This document shows positions 27,531 through 36,041 of a stretch of DNA of 64,000 nt, one piece after another (the first letter of the stretch is position 1; the number at the start of each line of letters is the position of its first letter). The position numbers and the translations under genes were made by a program. The stretch is from Patescibacteria group bacterium (GTDB lineage Bacteria > Patescibacteriota > Dojkabacteria > JAHIVN01). The stretch is from the NCBI GenBank assembly GCA_043816305.1, contig JBDRHZ010000043.1:42322-106321 (forward strand), in the 5' to 3' direction. The notes beneath the pieces are model-generated. The model did not search any database. It was not told the DNA's origin and saw only the letters and a program-made list of their open reading frames with translations.

Positions 27531-28172
27531 ATGAAACTATTCCTTTATTCTGGTGGATCCAGGGAACAAAATGAAGAAATGAATCAGAGCCTTGTCAAGC
27601 AGCTGCCACTTGATTCAACTTTTTGTTTTATCCCTTCGCAATCAGACAAAACGAGGAAATATTTTGAAGAGTTTAAAGCCTGGTTTGGATATTGTGGGTA
27701 CGAGAATTTCAAATACTTTGATCTGGATGAGGAATATGATGAAACAAAACTTCTGGAAGTACAAGAATCTGATGCAATTTACCTTTCTGGGGGGAATACT
27801 TTTCATTTTTTATATAATATAAAGATGCGGGGATTTGATAAGTTTTTGAGACTCTTCGTACAGAGGGGAAGTATCTTGATAGGTTTAAGTGCTGGGAGTT
27901 ACATTATGACACCGAGTATAGCTTATACGGTAGAATACCATAGGTGGAAAGGAGACTTTGAGGAGCTTAATGTCGATAAAATTAATGACTTTAAAGCTGT
28001 GGGTTTAGTTGACTTTGAAATAGTTCCTCATTTTGATCATGAGGACAAGCGCGATTTTACTGAAAAGTACAAGAAAACAACAAGAAATATGATTTACGGC
28101 ATGTATGACGGTTCGGGTATAATTGTGAAAGATAAAAAGATAGAATTTGTTGGAAATATTGTAGAATTGTAG
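27531..28172 (+). CDS. peptidase S51 family (dipeptidase E / cyanophycinase-like)
   Basis: AIYLSGGNTFHFL and LIGLSAGSYIM (nucleophile Ser) plus a later His. Confidence 0.75.
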   Translation: MKLFLYSGGSREQNEEMNQSLVKQLPLDSTFCFIPSQSDKTRKYFEEFKAWFGYCGYENFKYFDLDEEYDETKLLEVQESDAIYLSGGNTFHFLYNIKMRGFDKFLRLFVQRGSILIGLSAGSYIMTPSIAYTVEYHRWKGDFEELNVDKINDFKAVGLVDFEIVPHFDHEDKRDFTEKYKKTTRNMIYGMYDGSGIIVKDKKIEFVGNIVEL

Positions 28173-28176
28173 GAAT

Positions 28177-29529
28177 TTGATTAATCAAATTCAAAAAGAA
28201 ATTATGAAAAAAATATTCTCAAAAATCATTCTCAAATACCTTCAAACCTTAACAAGACTTTATGTTAAGAGGCAGGATATCGACATCTTTGGTCTTACCG
28301 GGAGTGTAGGAAAAACAACACTTACTCTCGCCTTATATGGGATTCTCTCAAAAAAGTTTAAGATAGGGATGACTTACCGTGACGGCCACGGCCTGAACAG
28401 CGAATCAGGGATTCCTTTTGCTATATTAGAAGTGCACGTCAGCGGCTACTCTCCGCTAGATTGGATAAAATACTTATTCACAGCAACGCTGCATTTTTTC
28501 TTCAAGAAGAGCGATTACGAGAAGTTCATTATCGAGATGGGCGTTGATAAGCCAGGTGATATGGACTTTATTCTATCAATGACTAAAGTAGATCTAGGCA
28601 TTTTTCTGACTATTTCCAAGACTCATACAGAGAATTTCGAGAAGTTGAACAAAGATCTTCTTCAAGCAGTTTTTGATGAGAAGGCAAAGATTATCAAATC
28701 TCTAGATAAGAATAGCTGGGCTGTTTTGAATTATGATATTGAACTCATTCGTGGCCTTGAAAATATTACTAAGGCAAAGACTATAACTTTTGGACTCAGT
28801 GAGGGTGCAGATGTCCGAGGAATCGTAAAGGATGTATCGCCAGACTTATTTGAAGGAGAAATAAACTTCAAAAGTCAGTCTCATAGAATTAAGATTAAAA
28901 AATTCTTCATAAATAAGGGTATTTTTACTACTATGCTGGCGGCGTTTGCTGTAGGTGTAACGTATGGAATAAAGGCAGATGACTGCATCGATGCGCTGAA
29001 AAATATAGAAATGCCGCCTGGACGGTTGTCCCGGATTGAGGGCGTTAAAAATACTATTATCATCGACAGTTCATACAACGCCTCTAAAACATCAATGTTT
29101 GAAGCAGCTGGCGTACTCTCCTTGTTCAAGGACAGAAAAAAGATTGCCGTACTGGGAGATATGCGTGAACTTGGAAAAGAGTCGAAAATTGAGCATGAAG
29201 AAATAGCAGTTGAATTCTCAAAGGTAGCAGATGAGATGGTCCTGATTGGTCCAGCTTTGAAAAAGTACTTTCTACCAAAAGCCTTAGAAAAGGGCTTTAT
29301 GAGTGAAAAGATGCATTGTTTCGGGAATACTTGGAAGGCTTTGAACTTTATTAAAGAAAAACTGATCCAGAGAGGTGAAGCAATTCTGGTCAAGGGGTCA
29401 CAAAACACCTTGTTCCTCGAGATAATAGTTGAAAGGCTGATGAAGCATCCTTCTCAAGCAGACAAGTTGCTTTGCAGGAGAGGAGAGTACTGGGAAAAGA
29501 AAAGACAGTATCTCAAAACTCAAAACTAA
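28177..29529 (+). CDS. Mur ligase family protein (second MurF-like paralog)
   Basis: IFGLTGSVGKTTLT P-loop, IIIDSSYNASKTSMFEAAGVL, VLGDMRELG. TTG start at 28177; alternative ATG at 28204. Confidence 0.8.
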   Translation: MINQIQKEIMKKIFSKIILKYLQTLTRLYVKRQDIDIFGLTGSVGKTTLTLALYGILSKKFKIGMTYRDGHGLNSESGIPFAILEVHVSGYSPLDWIKYLFTATLHFFFKKSDYEKFIIEMGVDKPGDMDFILSMTKVDLGIFLTISKTHTENFEKLNKDLLQAVFDEKAKIIKSLDKNSWAVLNYDIELIRGLENITKAKTITFGLSEGADVRGIVKDVSPDLFEGEINFKSQSHRIKIKKFFINKGIFTTMLAAFAVGVTYGIKADDCIDALKNIEMPPGRLSRIEGVKNTIIIDSSYNASKTSMFEAAGVLSLFKDRKKIAVLGDMRELGKESKIEHEEIAVEFSKVADEMVLIGPALKKYFLPKALEKGFMSEKMHCFGNTWKALNFIKEKLIQRGEAILVKGSQNTLFLEIIVERLMKHPSQADKLLCRRGEYWEKKRQYLKTQN

Positions 29530-29671
29530 TATGTCAAATCAGTGATTAAAAACGAAAGTCACTGACAGTGTAAAATGTTTTGTGAGGGTATTTAATCTAC
29601 AATTTCCTGCAAAAACTGCAGGAATAATGCTTTAATATGCGGGAAATAATTCTGTTCTTAATGAAGTTGTT

Positions 29672-29950
29672 GTGGCCGAAGAACAGATACAGCAAGAGAG
29701 TGTAGTAATCGAAAGAACGTTACTTGTAAATGGGGAAATTATCGCCGTATCAGCTTTTCTGGCTCTTACGGGGATTGCGATACTGAGATACTCTTCTTCT
29801 GCAAGTGTTGGAACGCTTATGATAACTGGCGGGATAGAGGTATATTTTACAGCCTTAAACAGGTTTGGATATCTAAGAAGTGCTGCAATAAAAAATATTG
29901 AAAGACTCTCACCTCAAGTGATACGAATTCTAGGTTTGAAGGAGCCATGA
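29672..29950 (+). CDS. small membrane protein (92 aa), GTG start
   Basis: Two hydrophobic segments (IIAVSAFLALTGIAIL, VGTLMITGGIEVYF). No homolog recognised. Confidence 0.3.
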   Translation: MAEEQIQQESVVIERTLLVNGEIIAVSAFLALTGIAILRYSSSASVGTLMITGGIEVYFTALNRFGYLRSAAIKNIERLSPQVIRILGLKEP

Positions 29951-29992
29951 AACTTTGATTTTCATCTTTTGACAGGTTAGAATGTCCCTTAT

Positions 29993-31897
29993 ATGAAAAG
30001 TAGAAAGACATTTTTCAGGGGACTGATAACTATCTGTATCCTAACTACGATAGGCCTTTCTGTGTATTATCTCACTAGCAGGAATACGTTTGACCTTAGA
30101 GGAAGAGCTGAGTCAACAGAAGCTGAAGTGACAATCTCTCCTTCAGAAGAAAACTTCCCAGTTGAGACTTTTAAAAATTATGGTGTGAATATTTTCACTA
30201 CGAGGTATGAGATGCTTTTTGAAGCGGGTGCTGAAAGCGAGTATGCGGATTTTCTTGCTATTTATAAGGATTTCGACTTCAAGACTCTACGATTTCCAAA
30301 TGGCTGTCACATCGCTTGGTACAACTGGAAAGATCCAGATAGTTCAACAAATCCGGCTCCAACTGTCGAGCAAGTCCTGCAGTTCGCTAAAGATTCGGAT
30401 AGCGAGCTGATATTTGAGATGTCAACTTTAGGATTCCTAGATTCTGCTATTCGCGATCATAAGTACACGAATCCCTGCGGAAATGAGATAGAATTTCGCT
30501 GGTCTGAGAATGATATCCGCTGGTTTGTTCAGGAGTACACTGTGAAACGTAAAGCTGCAGGTGAGAATTACATCGAGTATTATGAACTTGGTAATGAAGA
30601 ATGGGGCTACTATAACCATGACCTACAGCGGATGCTTACTCCAGCAGAATATGTTAATGCAGCTAAGGCTGTTTCTCAGATTATAAAGCAAGAAGCTCCC
30701 TATGTAGAGATCATCGGAGTCAGTACTTGGCAGGACAGTGCAGTGTGGGGAGCGCAAGAGTATATCAATAATCCCTCATTCTTCGATAATGTAACACTCC
30801 ATACCTATTGGCATGATGCTTGGTTGGGTGAGCCTCCAGAAGGGGAAAGCTTGTTTTCGATTGATTGGCATATCAAGCCGATTTTGGATGCTTACCAACA
30901 GGTGTTTGCTGGTGTGGAGAAGTTTCAGAGGCCTGCATATACAGAATGGAATCTTTTCTGCTGGCCAGAGGGAAATAGCGGAAGACCTCATAAAAATACT
31001 ATGAAATTTGAGCATACTCTCTATATTCTTGAGCATATGCTTGTACAGTCTGAGTACAATATCAAAATGACAAATTATCATGAATTCCATCCACTTGCGG
31101 ACAATGTACAGAACTACGGAGGCTGCAATCTAGTTTTTAAAGATGGGGAGGAGTATGGGCTCTCGGCGGCCGGTATCGGGTTATATACTTATTCACAGCA
31201 CTATGCCATTGAGCATGTAAAGACAGTTGTTGACTCGCCGATTTATTCTTACGAACCATACGGATATGGTGAGGATTTTAGGTTTCAGTCCTTGTTTGCT
31301 TCGTCTGCAAAATCAGATGACAAAGTTCATTCTATAATTATAAATCGTAATCCTGAAAAAGATATGGAAACTACGATTAATCTTGCTGATTTCTCAGATG
31401 AAGTGAAGTATGATTTATATTTACTTCACGCACCGGCATTAAGTAGTGATAAAGAAGAAATTAAACTAGATCAAATGGAAAAAGGAAAAGTTGTCGATAG
31501 TACCTTTGTAATTGACATTCCGAAGTACAGTGCAGTGATTCTCGAGATCACAAAGGAAGAATGTGTGTCTGATTGTTCAAGCAAAGTCTGCGGAGATGAC
31601 AATGGCTGCGGGGGTAAATGTACCGGCTGTCCAAAGGGAGAAATATGTAATGAGAAAAGCTGGAAATGTGAGAAGACCGTGCCTTCGAATAGCTGTTCAG
31701 TTGCAGATATCAATGGCAAAGAGAATAGTCCAGATGGTGAAGTGAATGCATATGATCTGTCTATGGTTCTCTCAAACTGGAAGTGTACGACAGGACCAAA
31801 TTGTGGAAAAGCAGATATTTGGGGGAGGGATGATAAAAAAGATGGTCAGGTTGGACCGTTTGATCTGTCGAGGGTACTGAGCTGTTGGAAGAAATAA
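29993..31897 (+). CDS. secreted clan GH-A (GH51-like) glycoside-hydrolase-like protein with Cys-rich linker and dockerin-like C-terminal repeats
   Basis: Signal anchor LITICILTTIGLSVYYL. YYELGNEEWG is a GNE acid/base motif and AYTEWNLFCW is a (D/T)EWN nucleophile motif. Linker CGDDNGCGGKCTGCPKGEIC. Two Ca-loop-like repeats: DINGKENSPDGEVNAYDLSMVLSNW and DIWGRDDKKDGQVGPFDLSRVLSCW. Confidence 0.7.
   Translation: MKSRKTFFRGLITICILTTIGLSVYYLTSRNTFDLRGRAESTEAEVTISPSEENFPVETFKNYGVNIFTTRYEMLFEAGAESEYADFLAIYKDFDFKTLRFPNGCHIAWYNWKDPDSSTNPAPTVEQVLQFAKDSDSELIFEMSTLGFLDSAIRDHKYTNPCGNEIEFRWSENDIRWFVQEYTVKRKAAGENYIEYYELGNEEWGYYNHDLQRMLTPAEYVNAAKAVSQIIKQEAPYVEIIGVSTWQDSAVWGAQEYINNPSFFDNVTLHTYWHDAWLGEPPEGESLFSIDWHIKPILDAYQQVFAGVEKFQRPAYTEWNLFCWPEGNSGRPHKNTMKFEHTLYILEHMLVQSEYNIKMTNYHEFHPLADNVQNYGGCNLVFKDGEEYGLSAAGIGLYTYSQHYAIEHVKTVVDSPIYSYEPYGYGEDFRFQSLFASSAKSDDKVHSIIINRNPEKDMETTINLADFSDEVKYDLYLLHAPALSSDKEEIKLDQMEKGKVVDSTFVIDIPKYSAVILEITKEECVSDCSSKVCGDDNGCGGKCTGCPKGEICNEKSWKCEKTVPSNSCSVADINGKENSPDGEVNAYDLSMVLSNWKCTTGPNCGKADIWGRDDKKDGQVGPFDLSRVLSCWKK
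31731..31824 (+). repeat. 94-nt tract identical to 33743-33836
   Basis: Base-by-base comparison of the two paralog 3' regions. The flanks diverge immediately on both sides. Confidence 0.9.
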
Positions 31898-31926
31898 ATA
31901 TAAGGTATAGTTGTAATGAAAACTTT

Positions 31927-33909
31927 ATGAAGAAATTAAGCAAGGGGTTATTTTTGATATTTTTAATGCTAGCTATAGCAGGAGCTGTATATATTATTAG
32001 AAGAGAGGATTCTTTAGATATCAGGGAAAAGGCAGCAGGTTTTGATGCGACGGTAATAGTTCATTCTGGTTCGGTAGGTCATGACATAAAATATGGAGCA
32101 CATTTAAATGTCCATTCCGACTCCAGTCAATTTACGGTAATAAGCGATAAAAATTCAGATAAACATAAAAGTTTTGTTGAAAATTTCAAAAAGTTGGGGT
32201 TCAGTTACCACAGGATAGGTTTTAATGTAGCAGAATATGACTGGACTACAGAAAAAAATAGAGATGCGATATACGACGTCCTCGACTTTTCTGATGAAGT
32301 TGACTCAGATCCAATTTTTCTCATGTCAGTCGCGGGGATAATTGATCCTGCCAGGGAACATAAGTACATGAATCCTGTTGGTGATGAAGTTACTGTCAGG
32401 TTTCCTATTGGCGACTTGGATGATCCAGCTGTCTATGGGATAAAGGATTTTGTGAAAGAATTTACCCTGGATCGTAAGAATGCCGGTAAGAAATATATTA
32501 AATACTATGAACTCGGGAATGAGGAATGGGGCTGGTGGGATGAAACTGAGCAGAGATTTCTAACTCCTCAAGAATATATAGCAGCAGCTGATCAGGTATC
32601 AGCTGCAATTGAAGAGGTGATACAGAATGACGCAACGCTAAAGAGTGAAGTAAATGTACTGGGAGTAAGTTCTAGAGTCTTGGCTGAGGGTTATGGTGGA
32701 GCGGCTGTTCCCTATGGCGATGGTGATTTTGTCATCTGGGGGGCAAAGGAGTACGAAACGAGCCAGAATTTTTATGATTATGTAACATATCATGGGTACT
32801 GGCATGACAGGTGGGCTGCAGACATGCCTGAAGGAGAAAGTTTATTTGCCCTGGATTTTCATACTGCAGTGGATTTTGTTATGTACCAGGACTTTTTTCC
32901 TGCTGTAATTAAATTCCAGAGGCCCGCTGTTACCGAATGGAATCTTTACTGTTGGACAAATCCTAATGCCGGAAGACGTCATCGAAACGCTCAAAAATTC
33001 GAGCATTTGTTTTACGTACTTGGAAATCAGCTCAAGCAATTCGAATATGATGTTCCTTTTAGTATATATCATAACTATGTTCCTCCGACCTATACGCTGT
33101 CAGAACAAACAAATACTGAAAGAGGCGGGTGTAATCTGCTTCACCTTATAGAGCAGAATGGGAGCGAGTACGGAATAAGTGCACCCGGGGTGGCGTTTGA
33201 AATTCTTAAAGATCATTTTGGTGAATCATATGTGAAAACTGAGATCTCTTCGCCGAAAATATCGCTGGATCAATATAGTGGGGTCAGCGGGGAGTATGAT
33301 TCTATTATAGGAGGTTCCTCGGTCAAGGATAAAAAAATATATACAGTTCTGATTAACAGAGATTGGGATGAAGATCTGACAACAAAGATATCTCTAGAGG
33401 GATATAGCGGAGATGTTAATTACAGCATGTATCTTCTAGACGCTCCGGCTCTAAATAGTTCTTTAGATGACATATCGTTTGTTCCAACTGTCCAGAATAA
33501 GATTACTGCAAATGGTTTTGACGTTGTAATACCAAGTATGAGTTCTGTGGTACTTGAGATCACAAAGAAAGAATGTATTCCCACTTGTTCAGGGAAACTA
33601 TGTGGTGAAAATAACGGCTGTGGAGGGAAGTGTACAAACTGCCCGGAAGGGAAGTACTGCGATACTGGAGACTGGCTGTGCAAGGAGACCAGTCCATCAA
33701 GGGGTTGTTCTATTGCGGATATAAATGGAAAGTCAGATAGTTCAGATGGTGAAGTGAATGCATATGATCTGTCTATGGTTCTCTCAAACTGGAAGTGTAC
33801 GACAGGACCAAATTGTGGAAAAGCAGATATTTGGGGCAAGGACGATAAGAAGGACGGTGAGGTTGGACCATTTGATTTATCTAGAGTGTTGAGCTGTTGG
33901 AAGAAATAG
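31927..33909 (+). CDS. paralog of 29993..31897: GH-A-like domain plus Cys-rich linker plus dockerin-like repeats
   Basis: YYELGNEEWG, AVTEWNLYCW, CGENNGCGGKCTNCPEGKYC, and the same dockerin-like tail. Start set at ATG 31927 (MKKLSKGLFLIFLMLAIAG) rather than the overlapping 31885. Confidence 0.7.
   Translation: MKKLSKGLFLIFLMLAIAGAVYIIRREDSLDIREKAAGFDATVIVHSGSVGHDIKYGAHLNVHSDSSQFTVISDKNSDKHKSFVENFKKLGFSYHRIGFNVAEYDWTTEKNRDAIYDVLDFSDEVDSDPIFLMSVAGIIDPAREHKYMNPVGDEVTVRFPIGDLDDPAVYGIKDFVKEFTLDRKNAGKKYIKYYELGNEEWGWWDETEQRFLTPQEYIAAADQVSAAIEEVIQNDATLKSEVNVLGVSSRVLAEGYGGAAVPYGDGDFVIWGAKEYETSQNFYDYVTYHGYWHDRWAADMPEGESLFALDFHTAVDFVMYQDFFPAVIKFQRPAVTEWNLYCWTNPNAGRRHRNAQKFEHLFYVLGNQLKQFEYDVPFSIYHNYVPPTYTLSEQTNTERGGCNLLHLIEQNGSEYGISAPGVAFEILKDHFGESYVKTEISSPKISLDQYSGVSGEYDSIIGGSSVKDKKIYTVLINRDWDEDLTTKISLEGYSGDVNYSMYLLDAPALNSSLDDISFVPTVQNKITANGFDVVIPSMSSVVLEITKKECIPTCSGKLCGENNGCGGKCTNCPEGKYCDTGDWLCKETSPSRGCSIADINGKSDSSDGEVNAYDLSMVLSNWKCTTGPNCGKADIWGKDDKKDGEVGPFDLSRVLSCWKK
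33743..33836 (+). repeat. 94-nt tract identical to 31731-31824
   Basis: See the partner repeat. Confidence 0.9.
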
Positions 33910-33978
33910 TTTTCTCACAGGTGCTTTCTTGGTAAAATATCTGTATGCGTCTAGTTAAGCTTGATATCATGAACTAAT

Positions 33979-34677
33979 ATGGTTATAGACATTCTCACAA
34001 TTTTTCCAAAAATGTTTGACTCCCCGTTTGCAGAGTCTATCGTGAAACGTGCTATTGATGCGGGTAAAGTCATCATAAATACTCATGACTTGCGGAAATG
34101 GACTAGTGATAAACATAAAACTGTTGATGCGAAGCCTTTTGGAGGGGGAGCAGGAATGGTAATGATGATAGAACCAATTTACAAGGCATTGCATGAACTT
34201 GATCCGGATCATGGTGCATACAGAATACTATTTACCGCAAGAGGTGCAAGAATTGTGCAGGAAAAGGTGCGGGAATTATCGCAGAAAGAACGTATTATTC
34301 TGGTATGCGGGCATTATGAGGAAATCGATCAAAGAGTGCATGACTTTCTTGTTGATGAGTGTATTTCAATAGGGGATTTTATTTTGACTGGTGGTGAGAT
34401 TTCTTCGATGGCTTTGACAGATGCGGTTGTGAGATTGATTCCTGGAGTCCTGGGAAATGAAGAGTCTTTAAAAGAGGAATCTTTTTCGACAGAGAACTCA
34501 AATATCAAATCTCAAAACTCAAATTTCAATTATCTAGAATATCCTCACTACACGCGCCCTGCAGAGTTTAAGGCAAAGGAGGGGAAAGTGTTAGAGGTGC
34601 CAGAGGTTCTTCTCTCTGGAAACCATGGGAAGATAAAGAAGTGGAGGGAACAGAATAGAAGAATTGCATGTAAATAG
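33979..34677 (+). CDS. trmD: tRNA (guanine37-N1)-methyltransferase
   Basis: IDILTIFPKMFDSPF, DAKPFGGGAGMVMM, LVCGHYEEIDQRV, YPHYTRPAEF. Confidence 0.9.
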   Translation: MVIDILTIFPKMFDSPFAESIVKRAIDAGKVIINTHDLRKWTSDKHKTVDAKPFGGGAGMVMMIEPIYKALHELDPDHGAYRILFTARGARIVQEKVRELSQKERIILVCGHYEEIDQRVHDFLVDECISIGDFILTGGEISSMALTDAVVRLIPGVLGNEESLKEESFSTENSNIKSQNSNFNYLEYPHYTRPAEFKAKEGKVLEVPEVLLSGNHGKIKKWREQNRRIACK

Positions 34678-34738
34678 CTGTAAGGACGTGATTAACTCGC
34701 GTCTCAGACGGCTAATTAGTGTTTAACATTCTTTCAAT

Positions 34739-35251
34739 ATGAAATTCATCAAGGAAATCTTTGAAAAGGACGTTTTTGGTAAAGAAATTTTAAGAAATGA
34801 TATGAAGCTAACGATCAGAAGATCTGTCAGGGCTGTTGCGTTCAATAAAGAGCAGAAGTTCCCCTTGGTATTTTTAAGTGAGAATGACTATCATATTATT
34901 CCTGGTGGAAAAATTGATGAAGGAGAGACTCTGGAGTCTGCACTGAGAAGAGAATTTATGGAAGAGGTTGGATTTGACTTGAAAATCACTGAAGAAGTAG
35001 GAGTGATTGTCATGCATGAGTATTATGAGGAGACTCTTCATATAAATTACTGTTACTTAGGAAAGATTCTTGGAGATGAAAAGGAGCGTGTTTATACTAC
35101 AGAGGAAAGTGATCAGGTACCAGTTGTAAAGTGGTTCAGATTGGAAGATGCGATAAAGGTTCTTAAGGCGGATAAGCCAAGAAATGATTTAGGGAAATTT
35201 AACCGATTCCGGGATCTGGCTTTTCTGGAGGAGGCGAGAAGTAGTGAATAG
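34739..35251 (+). CDS. Nudix hydrolase (canonical Nudix box)
   Basis: GGKIDEGETLESALRREFMEEVGF fits GX5EX7REUXEEXGU. Confidence 0.85.
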   Translation: MKFIKEIFEKDVFGKEILRNDMKLTIRRSVRAVAFNKEQKFPLVFLSENDYHIIPGGKIDEGETLESALRREFMEEVGFDLKITEEVGVIVMHEYYEETLHINYCYLGKILGDEKERVYTTEESDQVPVVKWFRLEDAIKVLKADKPRNDLGKFNRFRDLAFLEEARSSE

Positions 35252-35297
35252 TGTAAAGTGTATAGTGTAATTAACCGATTGCAGAATATTGTTGAGT

Positions 35298-35867
35298 ATG
35301 AAAGATATTGAAGTAGAACTTAAATACCGGGTCAAGAACAAGAAAGGATTATTATCTTGGCTAAATAAACACGCAAAGAAGGCATATGAATATCATCAAA
35401 TTGACGAGTACTTTACACGTCCGGACAAGAACTTCTTTGATAAGAAGATACCGGATGAATATCTGAGAATTCGCAGAAGCGGGATGAGTTATTCAATTGC
35501 ATATAAACTGTGGTACTCAACTGAAGAGGGCGAGGGGACGCACTGCGATGAATATGAAACGGATGTGAAGGATGGCAAGCAGCTGGAAAAGATTTTCAAA
35601 GCGCTTGAATTTAAAACTCTGGTGATCGTGGACAAAAAGAGGGCAGCATATGATTACAGAAACTTCGAAATAGCGGTAGATGACGTTCGGGAAGTAGGTG
35701 TAGTATGCGAGATTGAGATTAGGGGGAATTTTAAAAGTATCGACGAGGCTCAAGCCCAAATAAGGGAAATGGCTATGAAGCTTGGGTTTGAGGAGAAAGA
35801 TAGGTCAGAAGACATTAAATTAGGATATGCACTCTTGATAGCGAAGAAGAAGGGATTATTTAGCTGA
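35298..35867 (+). CDS. CYTH-domain protein (CyaB/ThTPase-like)
   Basis: IEVELKYRV is the ExExK signature, with later acidic and basic beta strands. Start at ATG 35298. Confidence 0.8.
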   Translation: MKDIEVELKYRVKNKKGLLSWLNKHAKKAYEYHQIDEYFTRPDKNFFDKKIPDEYLRIRRSGMSYSIAYKLWYSTEEGEGTHCDEYETDVKDGKQLEKIFKALEFKTLVIVDKKRAAYDYRNFEIAVDDVREVGVVCEIEIRGNFKSIDEAQAQIREMAMKLGFEEKDRSEDIKLGYALLIAKKKGLFS

Positions 35868-36041
35868 AAGATATTTGTGAGTGACGGATAGCAAATAGCA
35901 TACAGTATACAGACTACCTTTCTGCAGGCTCAATGCAGGCGGGTTACGGTGTACCCTTCGACTATGCTCCCATGGTCTGACGACCAGGACAGGCAGGGCA
36001 AGCAGTTTACAGTTCTACCCTTTTCCGATATAGTATTCACT

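Noticed and set aside
28881-29408. 175-aa minus-strand ORF.
   Set aside because: It is antisense to the Mur ligase gene 28177..29529 and has no motifs. The same reasoning applies to 36521..36943, 33420..33839, 48033..48431, 55099..55500, 44685..45047, 4913..5317 and the other short overlapping ORFs in the track.
31885-31926. ORF-track start at 31885, overlapping the end of the upstream paralog.
   Set aside because: ATG 31927 gives a standard signal-anchor N-terminus (MKKLSKGLFLIFLMLAIAG) parallel to the upstream paralog. The extra 14 codons look like read-through of the open frame.
31731-33836. A diversity-generating retroelement (template/variable repeat) as the explanation for the paralog 3' repeats.
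   Set aside because: The two copies are identical rather than differing at adenines. No reverse transcriptase or accessory gene is present. Gene conversion is the simpler explanation.
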